This document shows positions 28,810 to 37,399 of a stretch of DNA of 46,662 nucleotides, piece by piece. Position 1 is the first letter of the stretch, and each line of letters begins with the position of its first letter. Location: positions 1 to 46,662 of the IMG/VR virus record IMGVR_UViG_3300046058_000046, one strand, 5' to 3'. Below the pieces are notes generated by a model. The model saw nothing but the letters and a program-made list of their open reading frames with translations. It made no database searches and was not told the origin of the DNA. The translations under genes were made by a program, and so were the position numbers. The DNA comes from a virus. Its lineage: Duplodnaviria; Caudoviricetes.

Positions 28810-29024
28810 TCATCGTCTCCCGGGGTCGTGTCGATGTTGTAGCGATCGCGGAGCTCCCAGAGGCCTTTGCGACTGATTCCCAGGGCCTCCGCGGCTTCCG
28901 CGTAGGTGTCGTGAGCCCGAATGGCGCGCCGCATTTGCCAGACCCGAATCTCGTCGAGCGTGGCCGTGGCCGGCGGCAGCACGTCCACCGCGTTCAGCCG
29001 CACCCACTTGGTTTCGGAAAGCAT
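28806..29024 (-). CDS. Stand-alone Fis-type HTH protein
   Basis: TLDEI...RRAIRAHDTYAEAAEALGISRKGLWELRDRYNI matches the Fis/NtrC C-terminal HTH pattern. Confidence 0.8.
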   Translation of the reverse strand: MLSETKWVRLNAVDVLPPATATLDEIRVWQMRRAIRAHDTYAEAAEALGISRKGLWELRDRYNIDTTPGDDE

Positions 29025-29031
29025 GGCACGC

Positions 29032-29418
29032 TCAGTTCAGCGAAAAAGCGCGCTGGCAAAACATGAGGGTATCGTTGTTTTCCCCGATCTGCCGCGTCAC
29101 AAGCGGCGTCGGCCAGGCGTACGGGATCCATCGGGCGTCTCGGCTCCAGTCGTCCGTTTCGCTGGCACGCATGGTGACCAACAGCGTGTAGCCGTTGACT
29201 GAGTGGGCCCGGTCGAGGTCGAGATACAGCTTTTCGAGAGAGCCAGCAATAATCTCGCGGCAGGTCTCCGCCGAAAGGTCCAGGCGCATTTTCTCGTACT
29301 GACCCATCGGCAGCCAGGCCACGCGCCAGACCCATCGGACCGGCGTTCCGTAGTCCGGTCGTCGGGCCTCCAGCACTTGGTCGACCTCGTAGCGAGCCGA
29401 AATCTTCAGTTCAGGCAT
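29032..29418 (-). CDS. Hypothetical protein
   Basis: ATG ORF within the operon. Confidence 0.65.
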   Translation of the reverse strand: MPELKISARYEVDQVLEARRPDYGTPVRWVWRVAWLPMGQYEKMRLDLSAETCREIIAGSLEKLYLDLDRAHSVNGYTLLVTMRASETDDWSRDARWIPYAWPTPLVTRQIGENNDTLMFCQRAFSLN

Positions 29419-29462
29419 GGTTAAGCTCCAACTCCAGCAGCCTCACCTTGCGGTCAGGAAAA

Positions 29463-29717
29463 TTAGCGGGTGAGAAAGTCGGGAACGTCCTCTTCGCTTC
29501 GATCAGGCGGCTCGGTGTCTGGCATCTGTCGGCTCGCAAACCAGCTGTATTGCTCGCGCGGGTCGCTGGGAAAGCCCCAGAGCAGGAGCCAGCAGAAGAA
29601 AAGCCGGCGCCACAGCGGCAGTTCGGCCGCTTCCGTCACGAACCGCCGGAAGTCGCGCCGGTGCTGGCGCCGCACGTACTGGCGCATCTTCTTGAGAAGG
29701 TCGTTGCGCCTACTCAT
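29463..29717 (-). CDS. Hypothetical basic protein
   Basis: ATG at 29717 overlaps the stop of the HD gene. Confidence 0.6.
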   Translation of the reverse strand: MSRRNDLLKKMRQYVRRQHRRDFRRFVTEAAELPLWRRLFFCWLLLWGFPSDPREQYSWFASRQMPDTEPPDRSEEDVPDFLTR

Positions 29718-30159
29718 AGAGCTCCTCGGCTGTATTGCGAAGGATCTGGGTGAGCTGATCGGACAGATCGAAGCGCTCGGCATTGTGCTCGATCGAGTCA
29801 TAGATGTCCTGATCGTCGTCATGGCGCTCGCTGGCGGCCTTCCAGTCAACGAGCATCTCAACCACGTCCGCCAGCGTCATGCCGGCCACGCCGCGCTCAT
29901 AGTGCTCGGGGTGGTGCGAGTTGTGCGCGTAATGGTGCTCCAAGGCCGGCTCCAGCTCCTCCAAGAGCTCGTTGTACTCGTCGGTGCCATACTCAACGTC
30001 GTCGAGTTTCGTCTTCACATTCGCGAAGCAGGAGAACTCGGGCTCCTCGAGTTTCGAGGCGTCGTGGACGCGGGCCCGTTGGATGAGTCGGCCGGAGAAC
30101 GACCAAAGGAGTTCGCGAACGCGCTCGATGTGATCCAGCGTGTCCTCGTAGTACTTCAT
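29710..30159 (-). CDS. HD-superfamily phosphohydrolase (DUF5662-like)
   Basis: H..RV, VHDASKL, HHYAHNSHHPEHY and EMLVDWKAA motifs. Confidence 0.8.
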   Translation of the reverse strand: MKYYEDTLDHIERVRELLWSFSGRLIQRARVHDASKLEEPEFSCFANVKTKLDDVEYGTDEYNELLEELEPALEHHYAHNSHHPEHYERGVAGMTLADVVEMLVDWKAASERHDDDQDIYDSIEHNAERFDLSDQLTQILRNTAEELYE

Positions 30160-30168
30160 CTCGATTCC

Positions 30169-31002
30169 TCAGAGGGTCACATTCAGAATGTTAACGTTGA
30201 GCCCCATCTTCTCCGTCGCCGTTTCGAGGTGCGAGCGGGCGGCCGCCTGGGGATCGGCCTCGACGTCGTCGGTCATCTGGTACATCTTGTCCAGATGCTT
30301 CAGAACGTCCTGCGAGTCGTGCATCTTGATGTTCGGGTTGCCCCGCTTGTCGTAGGAGAGCTCCTTGATCGCCTCCAGGGCCCCGCGCCGGCGGGCCTTC
30401 TCCAGGTTGACCACCAGGACCTCGATCGTCACGGCCGCAAAGCAGAGGTGTCCCTGCTCCGTTTGCGCGCGAACGTTCTCCAGCGTCACGCCGTCCTCTT
30501 CGCCGTCCTCGGTCGAGTGGGCGAGCTGGTACAGGAGCCTTTGCTCCTCGGCCTCCTGAGCCGTGAGTCGGGTCACCTCGCAGCCGCCCACACTGGCGGT
30601 GAGCTCCTCGGTGACCTTCCACTCCTCCCCCGGGCGGTAGCACACGTGGTGGGTCACCTCCACCCAGTCGGCTACGTCCTCGATCGTCGTGGTGGCCTGG
30701 CGGCTCAGACGGTGGCGGACCTCCGAGCGGCTGAGTGTCTCCGCACGCGTGAGCGCGCGAATGGCGCGCTTGATGTGCGGCTTCTGCAGGTTTTTGTAAC
30801 CAATTGTGGTATAGGAGCTGGCGTACCCAGCCATGCGAGCCGCCTCAGTCGCGTTGCCGCGGGCCCCTCCCACATAAGCCTCCACGAATTGACGCTGTTT
30901 TCGGCTCTTGCAGTGGCTGAGCGCCTCCTCTCGCGTCTGCAGCTCCTCGACCTCCGTCGACGTCGCAGGCTCAGAAGCGACAGCCATAGCGGTGTCTGAC
31001 AT
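30169..31002 (-). CDS. terS: Terminase small subunit
   Basis: KQRQFVEAYV...NATEAARMAGY...LQKPHIKRAI N-terminal HTH; IKMHDSQDVLKHL C-terminal motif. Confidence 0.85.
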   Translation of the reverse strand: MSDTAMAVASEPATSTEVEELQTREEALSHCKSRKQRQFVEAYVGGARGNATEAARMAGYASSYTTIGYKNLQKPHIKRAIRALTRAETLSRSEVRHRLSRQATTTIEDVADWVEVTHHVCYRPGEEWKVTEELTASVGGCEVTRLTAQEAEEQRLLYQLAHSTEDGEEDGVTLENVRAQTEQGHLCFAAVTIEVLVVNLEKARRRGALEAIKELSYDKRGNPNIKMHDSQDVLKHLDKMYQMTDDVEADPQAAARSHLETATEKMGLNVNILNVTL

Positions 31003-31015
31003 TGCCGACGGCGCG

Positions 31016-31032
31016 TGTTACCGATCGTAACA
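31016..31032. promoter_or_regulatory. Inverted repeat TGTTAC-N5-GTAACA, operator candidate
   Basis: Perfect 6-bp arms just upstream of the terS ATG. Confidence 0.4.
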
Positions 31033-31189
31033 AAGCGTGCCTGCAGTATAGGGGGCCCCCCGGACGGCAGACGCATCGACGGCGTTGCAACGACGAGAAG
31101 ACGGTAGAAATGGACGGTCTCGATGCACGGCTCCTGTCGCATCTGCCGTCGCGGGCCCGACATATGTTGGCGGCCGCCCCTTCACTGCA

Positions 31190-31240
31190 CGCCCCATCGC
31201 CCTCCCGAGCGACAGCTCCGGCGGCGGTGGGGTGTTTTTT
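31190..31240 (+). terminator. Plus-strand intrinsic terminator-like hairpin
   Basis: CGCCCCATCGCC...GAGC-GACA-GCTC...GGCGGTGGGGTG followed by TTTTTT. Confidence 0.55.
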
Positions 31241-31327
31241 ATTGAACGACGGCTTTTGAGGGTCACTGGTCCTAGTCTTCGGCCACGCTAGTTGCTTCCA
31301 GGATGAGTTCTTGGAGCGTTCGGCACG

Positions 31328-32149
31328 CTATTCAGTCTTCAGGATGAGCCCAAATGCGAGCCGCTGCAGCTTTTCATCCTTCCATTGTGGCGGATGCGCC
31401 CATCCGGCTTTCGCTTGCACCCAGAGCGGCCCTATGAGGCACCGAGAGAGCCGGAGCGTTCCGCTAAGTTGGCGATGGCCAAGCCCCTGAACATCCAACG
31501 TTACCCGCCACGACTGCCAGCCGTACGTGGCGTGCAAGCGAAGTGCAGGCCAGGGCAGCGTGAGCGTCTTCCAGCGCCAGCCCGGGAGGCGAAGGGTGAT
31601 CTCGGCCGGGCCGGGCCTAACCCGCACGTAGCCGCGAAGCAGCTCCCAGTAGCCGAGGCTCGGATAGATCGGGTCGGTCTCGTAGGAAGGCGCATGGCCG
31701 CTCCGTCCAACTCGCCACGAGCCCGGGAAATGATCGTGGCGCGGCTTCCTACCCTTGTGGCGCCACACGTGGTGGACGCTCCGCCGATCAAGCTCGGCCC
31801 CGACCTCGACCCAGCGGTAGCGCACGCCGAGGCGCGCACCCTGCCGGCGAGAGTAGACACGAGCAGTCTCGGCGTTGAGCATCGCGTGCTTCGCGATTGC
31901 GTCCTTGGCGCCCCAGCGCTTCAGCGACAGCTTTACGCGAGCGACGACTGGACCCCAGGTTGCCGTGAGGTCGGCGCGGCCGTGCATGGAATGCTGGTAG
32001 CCGTGGCTAGCCGTCGCCCACGCAATCATGCCGCCCTCGCCTTCTGCCCCGAAGGACTGGCCCTGCGCGCAGTCCACCATGAGCCAGATCACCAGCGCGG
32101 CAACCGCGATGGATACGCCCCAGCGGTATGTCGATCCAAAATCACTCAT
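31328..32149 (-). CDS. Exported basic protein, probable outer-membrane beta-barrel
   Basis: Signal peptide, alternating amphipathic beta-strands rich in W/R, terminal strand LAFGLILKTE. Confidence 0.55.
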   Translation of the reverse strand: MSDFGSTYRWGVSIAVAALVIWLMVDCAQGQSFGAEGEGGMIAWATASHGYQHSMHGRADLTATWGPVVARVKLSLKRWGAKDAIAKHAMLNAETARVYSRRQGARLGVRYRWVEVGAELDRRSVHHVWRHKGRKPRHDHFPGSWRVGRSGHAPSYETDPIYPSLGYWELLRGYVRVRPGPAEITLRLPGWRWKTLTLPWPALRLHATYGWQSWRVTLDVQGLGHRQLSGTLRLSRCLIGPLWVQAKAGWAHPPQWKDEKLQRLAFGLILKTE

Positions 32150-32190
32150 CTTAAAGTTATGGCGCTTGCCACCTGTGGTGAGTTTCGCTG

Positions 32191-32625
32191 TTATGGGTCG
32201 GTTGGGGAGTCAAGAAGCTTGCGATCGTTGACGAGCCGCTCGTGGACCGTCTGGCCGTCGCTGGTTACGCCAAAGCCCAAAAGCAACTGATCCAGCCCGG
32301 CTTGCCGCGTTTTCCGGAACGCGAGCACGCTGTTTAGCCACTCTTTCCAAATCCGCCATGCGACGCGGCGGGCCTGATCAGTATCGAAGTTGCCGGGCGT
32401 GTCGTCGTCGTCATTGAGGGCTTTCTCCATACCCTGGGCGTCCGGCTCGATTTGAAAGGGCAACGGTTGGTTATTCAGCTGAAGGACGAAGTGCAGTTCC
32501 GTGGGGCGCCCCTCTGCGTCGAAGTCCATGGCCACGCGCCGGGCGTCGGACGAGGACAGGATCTTCTGCATTTCTCGGGCGGTCTTCTCGGCATCGACAT
32601 CGGTGGTGTAGAAGCGAATGGACAT
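32191..32625 (-). CDS. Phage hypothetical protein
   Basis: YTTDVDAEKT...QARRVAWRIWKEW pattern recalled from other phage early/middle genes. Confidence 0.75.
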   Translation of the reverse strand: MSIRFYTTDVDAEKTAREMQKILSSSDARRVAMDFDAEGRPTELHFVLQLNNQPLPFQIEPDAQGMEKALNDDDDTPGNFDTDQARRVAWRIWKEWLNSVLAFRKTRQAGLDQLLLGFGVTSDGQTVHERLVNDRKLLDSPTDP

Positions 32626-32855
32626 GGCTCGGCGTCTAAATATCGGAGAAGAGTTTGGAAGAGAGTGTGCTACGGAAGAAATCCGTATGCGACGAGCATC
32701 AGAAGGGCGTCGCGGGTGTGCTCGTTCGAGGGGCTATTCTTGGTAGTGAACACAGTCGTCTGTCTCACACTGGGCTGTCACATGGCCGTTGTACCCTGAC
32801 CGCCGGTAATGCAGGCTATCAGGCTCTTTGCAGATGGGGCAATTGAGCGTTCCCC

Positions 32856-33251
32856 TCACTGCTCCCTTGCGGTCAAAGCATCCTTCACCGCATCGGTAAC
32901 CGTGTGGTCCTCCGATGGCACTTGGTAGGTCTCCCGCATCCAGTCGTTGACTCGACGAACCACGCGGTCACAGCGATGGGCCTCCATGATGTGCTGGCCC
33001 CAGCACTGTGCGTCGTCGTTGTCGTGCCACGTAAGGCACCGAAGGTCAATGGACCGGATCTCACCCACGCCATGCTCGCGCACGACTTGCATCGGGGTAG
33101 CCTCCAGCATGAAGTGGCACGTTGGGCACTCGGCGACGTCGAGGGGCACCCGGACCCACTCGTCGCGGGCTATCAAGCGCCGGTCAGAGTTCACGCCGAA
33201 CGGCCAGTCTGGGAACGGGTCGCTGTTGCAGGCAGGGTTGAGGTCGCTCAT
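32856..33251 (-). CDS. Cys/His-containing hypothetical protein
   Basis: CPTC plus further Cys residues; operon packing. Confidence 0.65.
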   Translation of the reverse strand: MSDLNPACNSDPFPDWPFGVNSDRRLIARDEWVRVPLDVAECPTCHFMLEATPMQVVREHGVGEIRSIDLRCLTWHDNDDAQCWGQHIMEAHRCDRVVRRVNDWMRETYQVPSEDHTVTDAVKDALTAREQ

Positions 33252-33255
33252 GCAG

Positions 33256-33450
33256 TTAAAACGGCAGCTCTTTGTCGTCGAGAAAGCAGTGCGTCTCGTG
33301 GTAGCCGCACTCCGGGCAGTCCATGCTCACCTGCCCGGCATACTGCTCTGAGTCGATCCCGAGCACGAGACCGCAGCCGGGGCATTTTACGTGAGCCTCG
33401 AAGAGCCCGTCGCTGCCGCGGAGGGCATAGATGATTTCTGGTTTCGACAT
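33256..33450 (-). CDS. Zinc-ribbon miniprotein with SSB-like acidic tail
   Basis: CPGC...CPEC; ends DDKELPF. Confidence 0.7.
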   Translation of the reverse strand: MSKPEIIYALRGSDGLFEAHVKCPGCGLVLGIDSEQYAGQVSMDCPECGYHETHCFLDDKELPF

Positions 33451-33453
33451 GGC

Positions 33454-33765
33454 TCATTCAACCGGTTCGTAGATGCGGCGAAATTCGTCGTGGGAGATCG
33501 GGTAGTGCTCCCCCTGCGAGTCTTCAGCGATCCATCCGTCCTTGATTGTGAGCTTGCCTTCTGTCGTCTCAACGACAACCTTCAGAAAAGCCCCCGGCTC
33601 CTTGTCCGGGTGTTTTGGGCCAGCCAACATGATCTGACAGTCGTCGTACTTAGCAATCTCATCGAGCGTCTCCGCGCAAATCCGTACGGCGTACGGTTGG
33701 TGTTGCTTTCGAAAGCGGCCGCGGATGGGCCAGTCGTAGCGCTCTTCTGCGGTTGAATCACTCAT
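33454..33765 (-). CDS. PGDYG-like phage protein (possible Acb4-like nucleotide sponge)
   Basis: RFRK...ETTEGKLTIKDGWIAEDSQGEHYPISHDEFRRIYEP resembles the TLEG...GDYII...GEFYP...F..TYE family. Confidence 0.55.
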   Translation of the reverse strand: MSDSTAEERYDWPIRGRFRKQHQPYAVRICAETLDEIAKYDDCQIMLAGPKHPDKEPGAFLKVVVETTEGKLTIKDGWIAEDSQGEHYPISHDEFRRIYEPVE

Positions 33766-33970
33766 CGGCAAAAAGCGGCTTTTGAGTCTCAGGCTGTACG
33801 TGGATGATCGTGCGTGTGCGCTCGGTGACGTGGGCCTGGGGCTGCCGTGTGACCTTCTTCATCTTCTGGAGGTACGCCCTGTGATCGTCGAAGCGATGCA
33901 CAGTCACGTCCGGCTCGCCCGAGGGGCCGCGGTGGTCCTTCACCTTGATCGCGAGGTCTTGCTTTTTCAT
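33758..33970 (-). CDS. Small hypothetical protein
   Basis: Overlapping start/stop with neighbours; ends QKPLFADE. Confidence 0.6.
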   Translation of the reverse strand: MKKQDLAIKVKDHRGPSGEPDVTVHRFDDHRAYLQKMKKVTRQPQAHVTERTRTIIHVQPETQKPLFADE

Positions 33971-34176
33971 GTCGCGTTCTGCTCGTCGGGGTCGCGTGGC
34001 AGCTCATCGATCGCGCGTTCAGGCACCGTGCACCGGAGGTGGACCCATCCGGCCGCGTGCCCGGTCACCGTCAGGTCCTGGGCGCCAATGGCCTCCAGGA
34101 TGGACCGGACGTAGTACAGCTGCCGCGAGCGAACGCGGAGCGAGACGGACTTGTGCGTAGGGGGTGGCGTGCTCAT
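33967..34176 (-). CDS. Small hypothetical protein
   Basis: ATGA overlap with the downstream gene. Confidence 0.55.
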   Translation of the reverse strand: MSTPPPTHKSVSLRVRSRQLYYVRSILEAIGAQDLTVTGHAAGWVHLRCTVPERAIDELPRDPDEQNAT

Positions 34177-34226
34177 GGCGTCGAGTCAGCGAGGTCGATG
34201 GTCAAGGTGGGATATAAGTAATTTGG

Positions 34227-34982
34227 TTATTGCTCGGATGCACGCCGCTCGAGAAATTTCAGCATCTGCTCGACCAGCCAGGCGCGGTGCGTTCGCTTTA
34301 GCTTCCAGCCGTCGGTCCTCTCCTCGACGGACCGGTTGGGACGGACGAAATAGTTAACGCCTTCGAACTCGACGTCGAGGCCCGGCTGCTCGTCGCTCCG
34401 GCGAACGGCAATGTCCGCGTTGGGGAAGACCGCTCGGATGTCCTCGGCGAGGTGCTCATGAATACCCGTGCTATTCAGGCCCTCATTGGTTTCGGGCTGC
34501 GACTGGAAGTCCTCATCTGCGCGCTGGCCGAGCTCGTGCTCGATGTCCTCGATGGCCTGGCGCAGCTGCTGGTGCGTCTTGGCATGGGCAACCAGCCGTT
34601 CGAGCGCCTTTTCGGCGTCGGCCTTCGCCGTTTCGGCCGCGTCGCGCAGGTCGTTCATGTGCGAGTCCTGGAGGTCCTGGCCCTTCTCGACATCTTCGAG
34701 GCGCGAGTGTAGGGACTTGATTTTCGACTCGATGCGATCAACCCTCGTGAGCTTGCTGGCCAGGTCCTGGTTGTCGAGGTGATCGGCCAGCGCCTCGTCG
34801 CGGCTGCGCAGCTCCAGCAGACCCTGGGTGGTTCTGCCCAGCTGGCCGATGCTCTCGCCCAACCACTCGTCGAGGTGGTCGACACGGCCCGCCAGCTCGT
34901 CAATCGCCTCGGCCAATGCGTGCAATCCGGGGTCGGCAACCCCATACGAATTGCCTTCGAGTCGTTCTTTTGCAGATCTCAT
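34227..34982 (-). CDS. Coiled-coil protein
   Basis: Long heptad-rich N-terminal half. Confidence 0.7.
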   Translation of the reverse strand: MRSAKERLEGNSYGVADPGLHALAEAIDELAGRVDHLDEWLGESIGQLGRTTQGLLELRSRDEALADHLDNQDLASKLTRVDRIESKIKSLHSRLEDVEKGQDLQDSHMNDLRDAAETAKADAEKALERLVAHAKTHQQLRQAIEDIEHELGQRADEDFQSQPETNEGLNSTGIHEHLAEDIRAVFPNADIAVRRSDEQPGLDVEFEGVNYFVRPNRSVEERTDGWKLKRTHRAWLVEQMLKFLERRASEQ

Positions 34983-35314
34983 AGCTCACTGTGTGGGTCG
35001 ATGTCGGATTGGTCGAACAGGGTCGGCTCGCGGGCGAGCGTCCAGGTGCAATTTGGGTCGCCGTGCGGGCCCTCCTTCTGGTGGTCGGTCTTCCGCAGCA
35101 CGCCCTCACCGGTAAGATTGGTGATCGCGCGCCGGACGCTCGTGATGGGCGAGCCGGGCAGCGCGGCCTCCTGCACCTCGAAGGGGGTGAGGGCGGCGGC
35201 CGGATGGGCCTCGAACAGGGCCTCGACAGCCTCTTCTTGGCTTTCGGCCTGCTCGATGCGGCGCTCCAGCTGCTTGCCGGCCAGGCCGGTCGTGTTGTAG
35301 AAGGAGCTCGGCAT
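34979..35314 (-). CDS. Winged-helix DNA-binding protein
   Basis: LTPFEVQE...PITSVRRAITNLTGEGVLRKT...WTLA winged-HTH pattern. Confidence 0.7.
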   Translation of the reverse strand: MPSSFYNTTGLAGKQLERRIEQAESQEEAVEALFEAHPAAALTPFEVQEAALPGSPITSVRRAITNLTGEGVLRKTDHQKEGPHGDPNCTWTLAREPTLFDQSDIDPHSEL

Positions 35315-35317
35315 GAC

Positions 35318-35530
35318 TCAGTTCACCTCCGACTGCATCTTTTCGGCTGTCGCGGCGAAGAGCTTGATACCGTCCGAGCGGCGCAGATTGGTCACCCAAT
35401 GCACATTGCGACGGTCCTCGGCCAGCGTGAAGGCCACCGCGAGGGCGGGCTCTTCGAGATCGTGCTCCTCGAAAACCTCTTTGATGTCGTCGGCAAGGCC
35501 GGTCAGGTCTCCTTTGTCGGATGTGGGCAT
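35318..35530 (-). CDS. Small hypothetical protein
   Basis: ATG at 35530; tight operon packing. Confidence 0.6.
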   Translation of the reverse strand: MPTSDKGDLTGLADDIKEVFEEHDLEEPALAVAFTLAEDRRNVHWVTNLRRSDGIKLFAATAEKMQSEVN

Positions 35531-35534
35531 GAGT

Positions 35535-35756
35535 TCAGTCCACAATGATTGGTGAAAGGTCTTGCGGGTCGTGGTACTGGGCCTTCGCCCCGTCGAGGAC
35601 GCCTTGGAAGTAGGCGCTCATCACGATCTGCTTCAGCGTGGTCGTGCGCCGCTTCGACTCCAGGTCGTACTGCTGGCTCAAAAACCACTTCTCTAGCAAG
35701 TCGTCAGCAACACCTTCGACGTGCTCTCGAACGGGGGCAGGGATGTCCTCAGGCAT
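35535..35756 (-). CDS. Small hypothetical protein
   Basis: ATG ORF; operon packing. Confidence 0.6.
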   Translation of the reverse strand: MPEDIPAPVREHVEGVADDLLEKWFLSQQYDLESKRRTTTLKQIVMSAYFQGVLDGAKAQYHDPQDLSPIIVD

Positions 35757-35768
35757 GGGTCGAAAAGA

Positions 35769-36251
35769 TCAATTCATGCGCTCGTCGGGAATGCCGTCGC
35801 CCTCGAAGAGGCTGCCTTGGTCGCGAGCGCCCTCGAGGAACTTCACGGCCTCCTCGCAGACGCGACGCACCGCGGCGCGTTCTTCCTCCATCGGAATAGC
35901 GTCAGGGGTGGCGATCGTGACAGAGGTGTCCTCGCCCGCCTCGCACGAGACCCAATAGCGCACCTCGGAAATCATACCGCCTGTCACGTGGAGCCGTAGC
36001 GTCGTAACGCGAGCGCCGTGGAGCCTCCAGTCGACGTCGCCGATCACGGCCTCGATGTGATCCTTCCAGTAGCGGACGAGCTTTCCCCACGCCTCGCGGA
36101 AGGCGCGGTGGGGGAGCTCCTGGAACGTGTCTTTCGCCTCCTTCGCAGTATCGTCGGGGGCGAGGGCCGTGTACTCGAGCGTGAGCTCGGGCACATCATC
36201 GTCGGCGTTCTTAAATTTGATCTTGTCGAAGCTGTGGTCGGAATATTCCAT
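35769..36251 (-). CDS. Hypothetical protein with C-terminal QGSLF motif
   Basis: ATG at 36251 (MEYSDHSF); acidic with normal codon usage. Confidence 0.65.
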   Translation of the reverse strand: MEYSDHSFDKIKFKNADDDVPELTLEYTALAPDDTAKEAKDTFQELPHRAFREAWGKLVRYWKDHIEAVIGDVDWRLHGARVTTLRLHVTGGMISEVRYWVSCEAGEDTSVTIATPDAIPMEEERAAVRRVCEEAVKFLEGARDQGSLFEGDGIPDERMN

Positions 36252-36333
36252 TGTCGCTGGCTCATGTAGTGAGGGAAAACTGCGAAGTGAGTCCGGCGGC
36301 CTTGGCCCAGTAGAAGGAGTCCGGCATGGCTCG

Positions 36334-36684
36334 CTACTTGTTTTTTGAATGCTCTCTAGACAGGTCAGATTGGGTCGGTGGCCGAACCTCTTTCCCTTCA
36401 ATGACGCGTTGAGCCTGCCTCTCCAGGTACGTCTCCTCAAGGTTTGCTTCTGTGCCTTCGATGCCGTGCGTGCTGTGGCACCGTAGCGCAGCAGCACTCA
36501 CGCAGGTCAGGAGCCCCTGATAGCTCGACTCCTGAAGCTTGAGGAAGGAAACGGAACGTACGCTGGAACCATCACGGTAGACCTTCCTCACCTTCCGGCA
36601 ACGGCCACGGTACTCCACCACGTCCCCTTTCCGGATCTGGTCGGTCCAATAAGTGATGTCGGCCTGCTCTTTGGGGGCTGGCAT
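36334..36684 (-). CDS. Hypothetical protein (SH3/KOW-like N-terminus)
   Basis: IRKGDVVEYRGRCRKVRKV; ATG at 36684. Confidence 0.55.
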   Translation of the reverse strand: MPAPKEQADITYWTDQIRKGDVVEYRGRCRKVRKVYRDGSSVRSVSFLKLQESSYQGLLTCVSAAALRCHSTHGIEGTEANLEETYLERQAQRVIEGKEVRPPTQSDLSREHSKNK

Positions 36685-36739
36685 GGTTGGTTCAAAACGG
36701 TGCGTCGTCGGTAGCGTGCGGCTGTGGCTCGGCTCTCTC

Positions 36740-37399
36740 CTACGCATCGTCGGGGACGTCAATGGCTTCTCCGATCTGGACCGGCTCACCGCCGCTTTCG
36801 CTCTGCTCCCGGTCGGCGCCGGGCCGCGGGTTCTCGTCGATCGTCGGGCGGACCTCTCCGTCGGCGGTGCCTGGGTCCTGCTTGAAGCGAAAAAGCGGCT
36901 TGTCCTTCACCGTGTAGCCGGCAACCCCGAAGTCTGATCGGCTCAGGTGCTTCGGAAAGTCGTTGATCAGCCGATTCATCTCGTGGCGGTCGAGGAGCTG
37001 CTCGATGCGCCGGCGCATCTCCTGGTGCCCCGAAATTACTCGCTCGAAGTCGGCTGGCAAAATGTGCTTCTGATTCCGAAAGCGGAGGGCCTCCGCCAGC
37101 TCGTTGTCGTACATCAGCTCCTCCATCGCGTAGGCCAGCTCCGCCTCGGTGTAGCCCCGCCGCACAATCATCTGGGCGAGCCCGCCGATCGCGTCGGGCC
37201 CCATGTCGGCCGGCGTCATCGCCTCGACTGCGCTTACGGCGTCGGCCGCCTGCTCCGGGGTGGCTTCTGCCTGCCAGGCTGCCTCATCCCGCAGCGACGG
37301 CACGGCGGGCAGCGCGTCGGTTGCGCTCGAAACGCTGGGCAGGGCCAAACTCTGCTCGGCCGTCTCTGCCGATTTGTCCTTCGTCGTTGGGTCCGTCAT
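36740..37399 (-). CDS. Replication accessory protein (helicase-loader position)
   Basis: Directly downstream of, and overlapping, the initiator gene. Function inferred from synteny only. Confidence 0.45.
   Translation of the reverse strand: MTDPTTKDKSAETAEQSLALPSVSSATDALPAVPSLRDEAAWQAEATPEQAADAVSAVEAMTPADMGPDAIGGLAQMIVRRGYTEAELAYAMEELMYDNELAEALRFRNQKHILPADFERVISGHQEMRRRIEQLLDRHEMNRLINDFPKHLSRSDFGVAGYTVKDKPLFRFKQDPGTADGEVRPTIDENPRPGADREQSESGGEPVQIGEAIDVPDDA

Noticed and set aside
32626-32855. 230-bp intergenic gap with a TACGGA/TCCGTA hairpin
   Set aside because: Only one small stem and no convincing ORF; insufficient support for a call.
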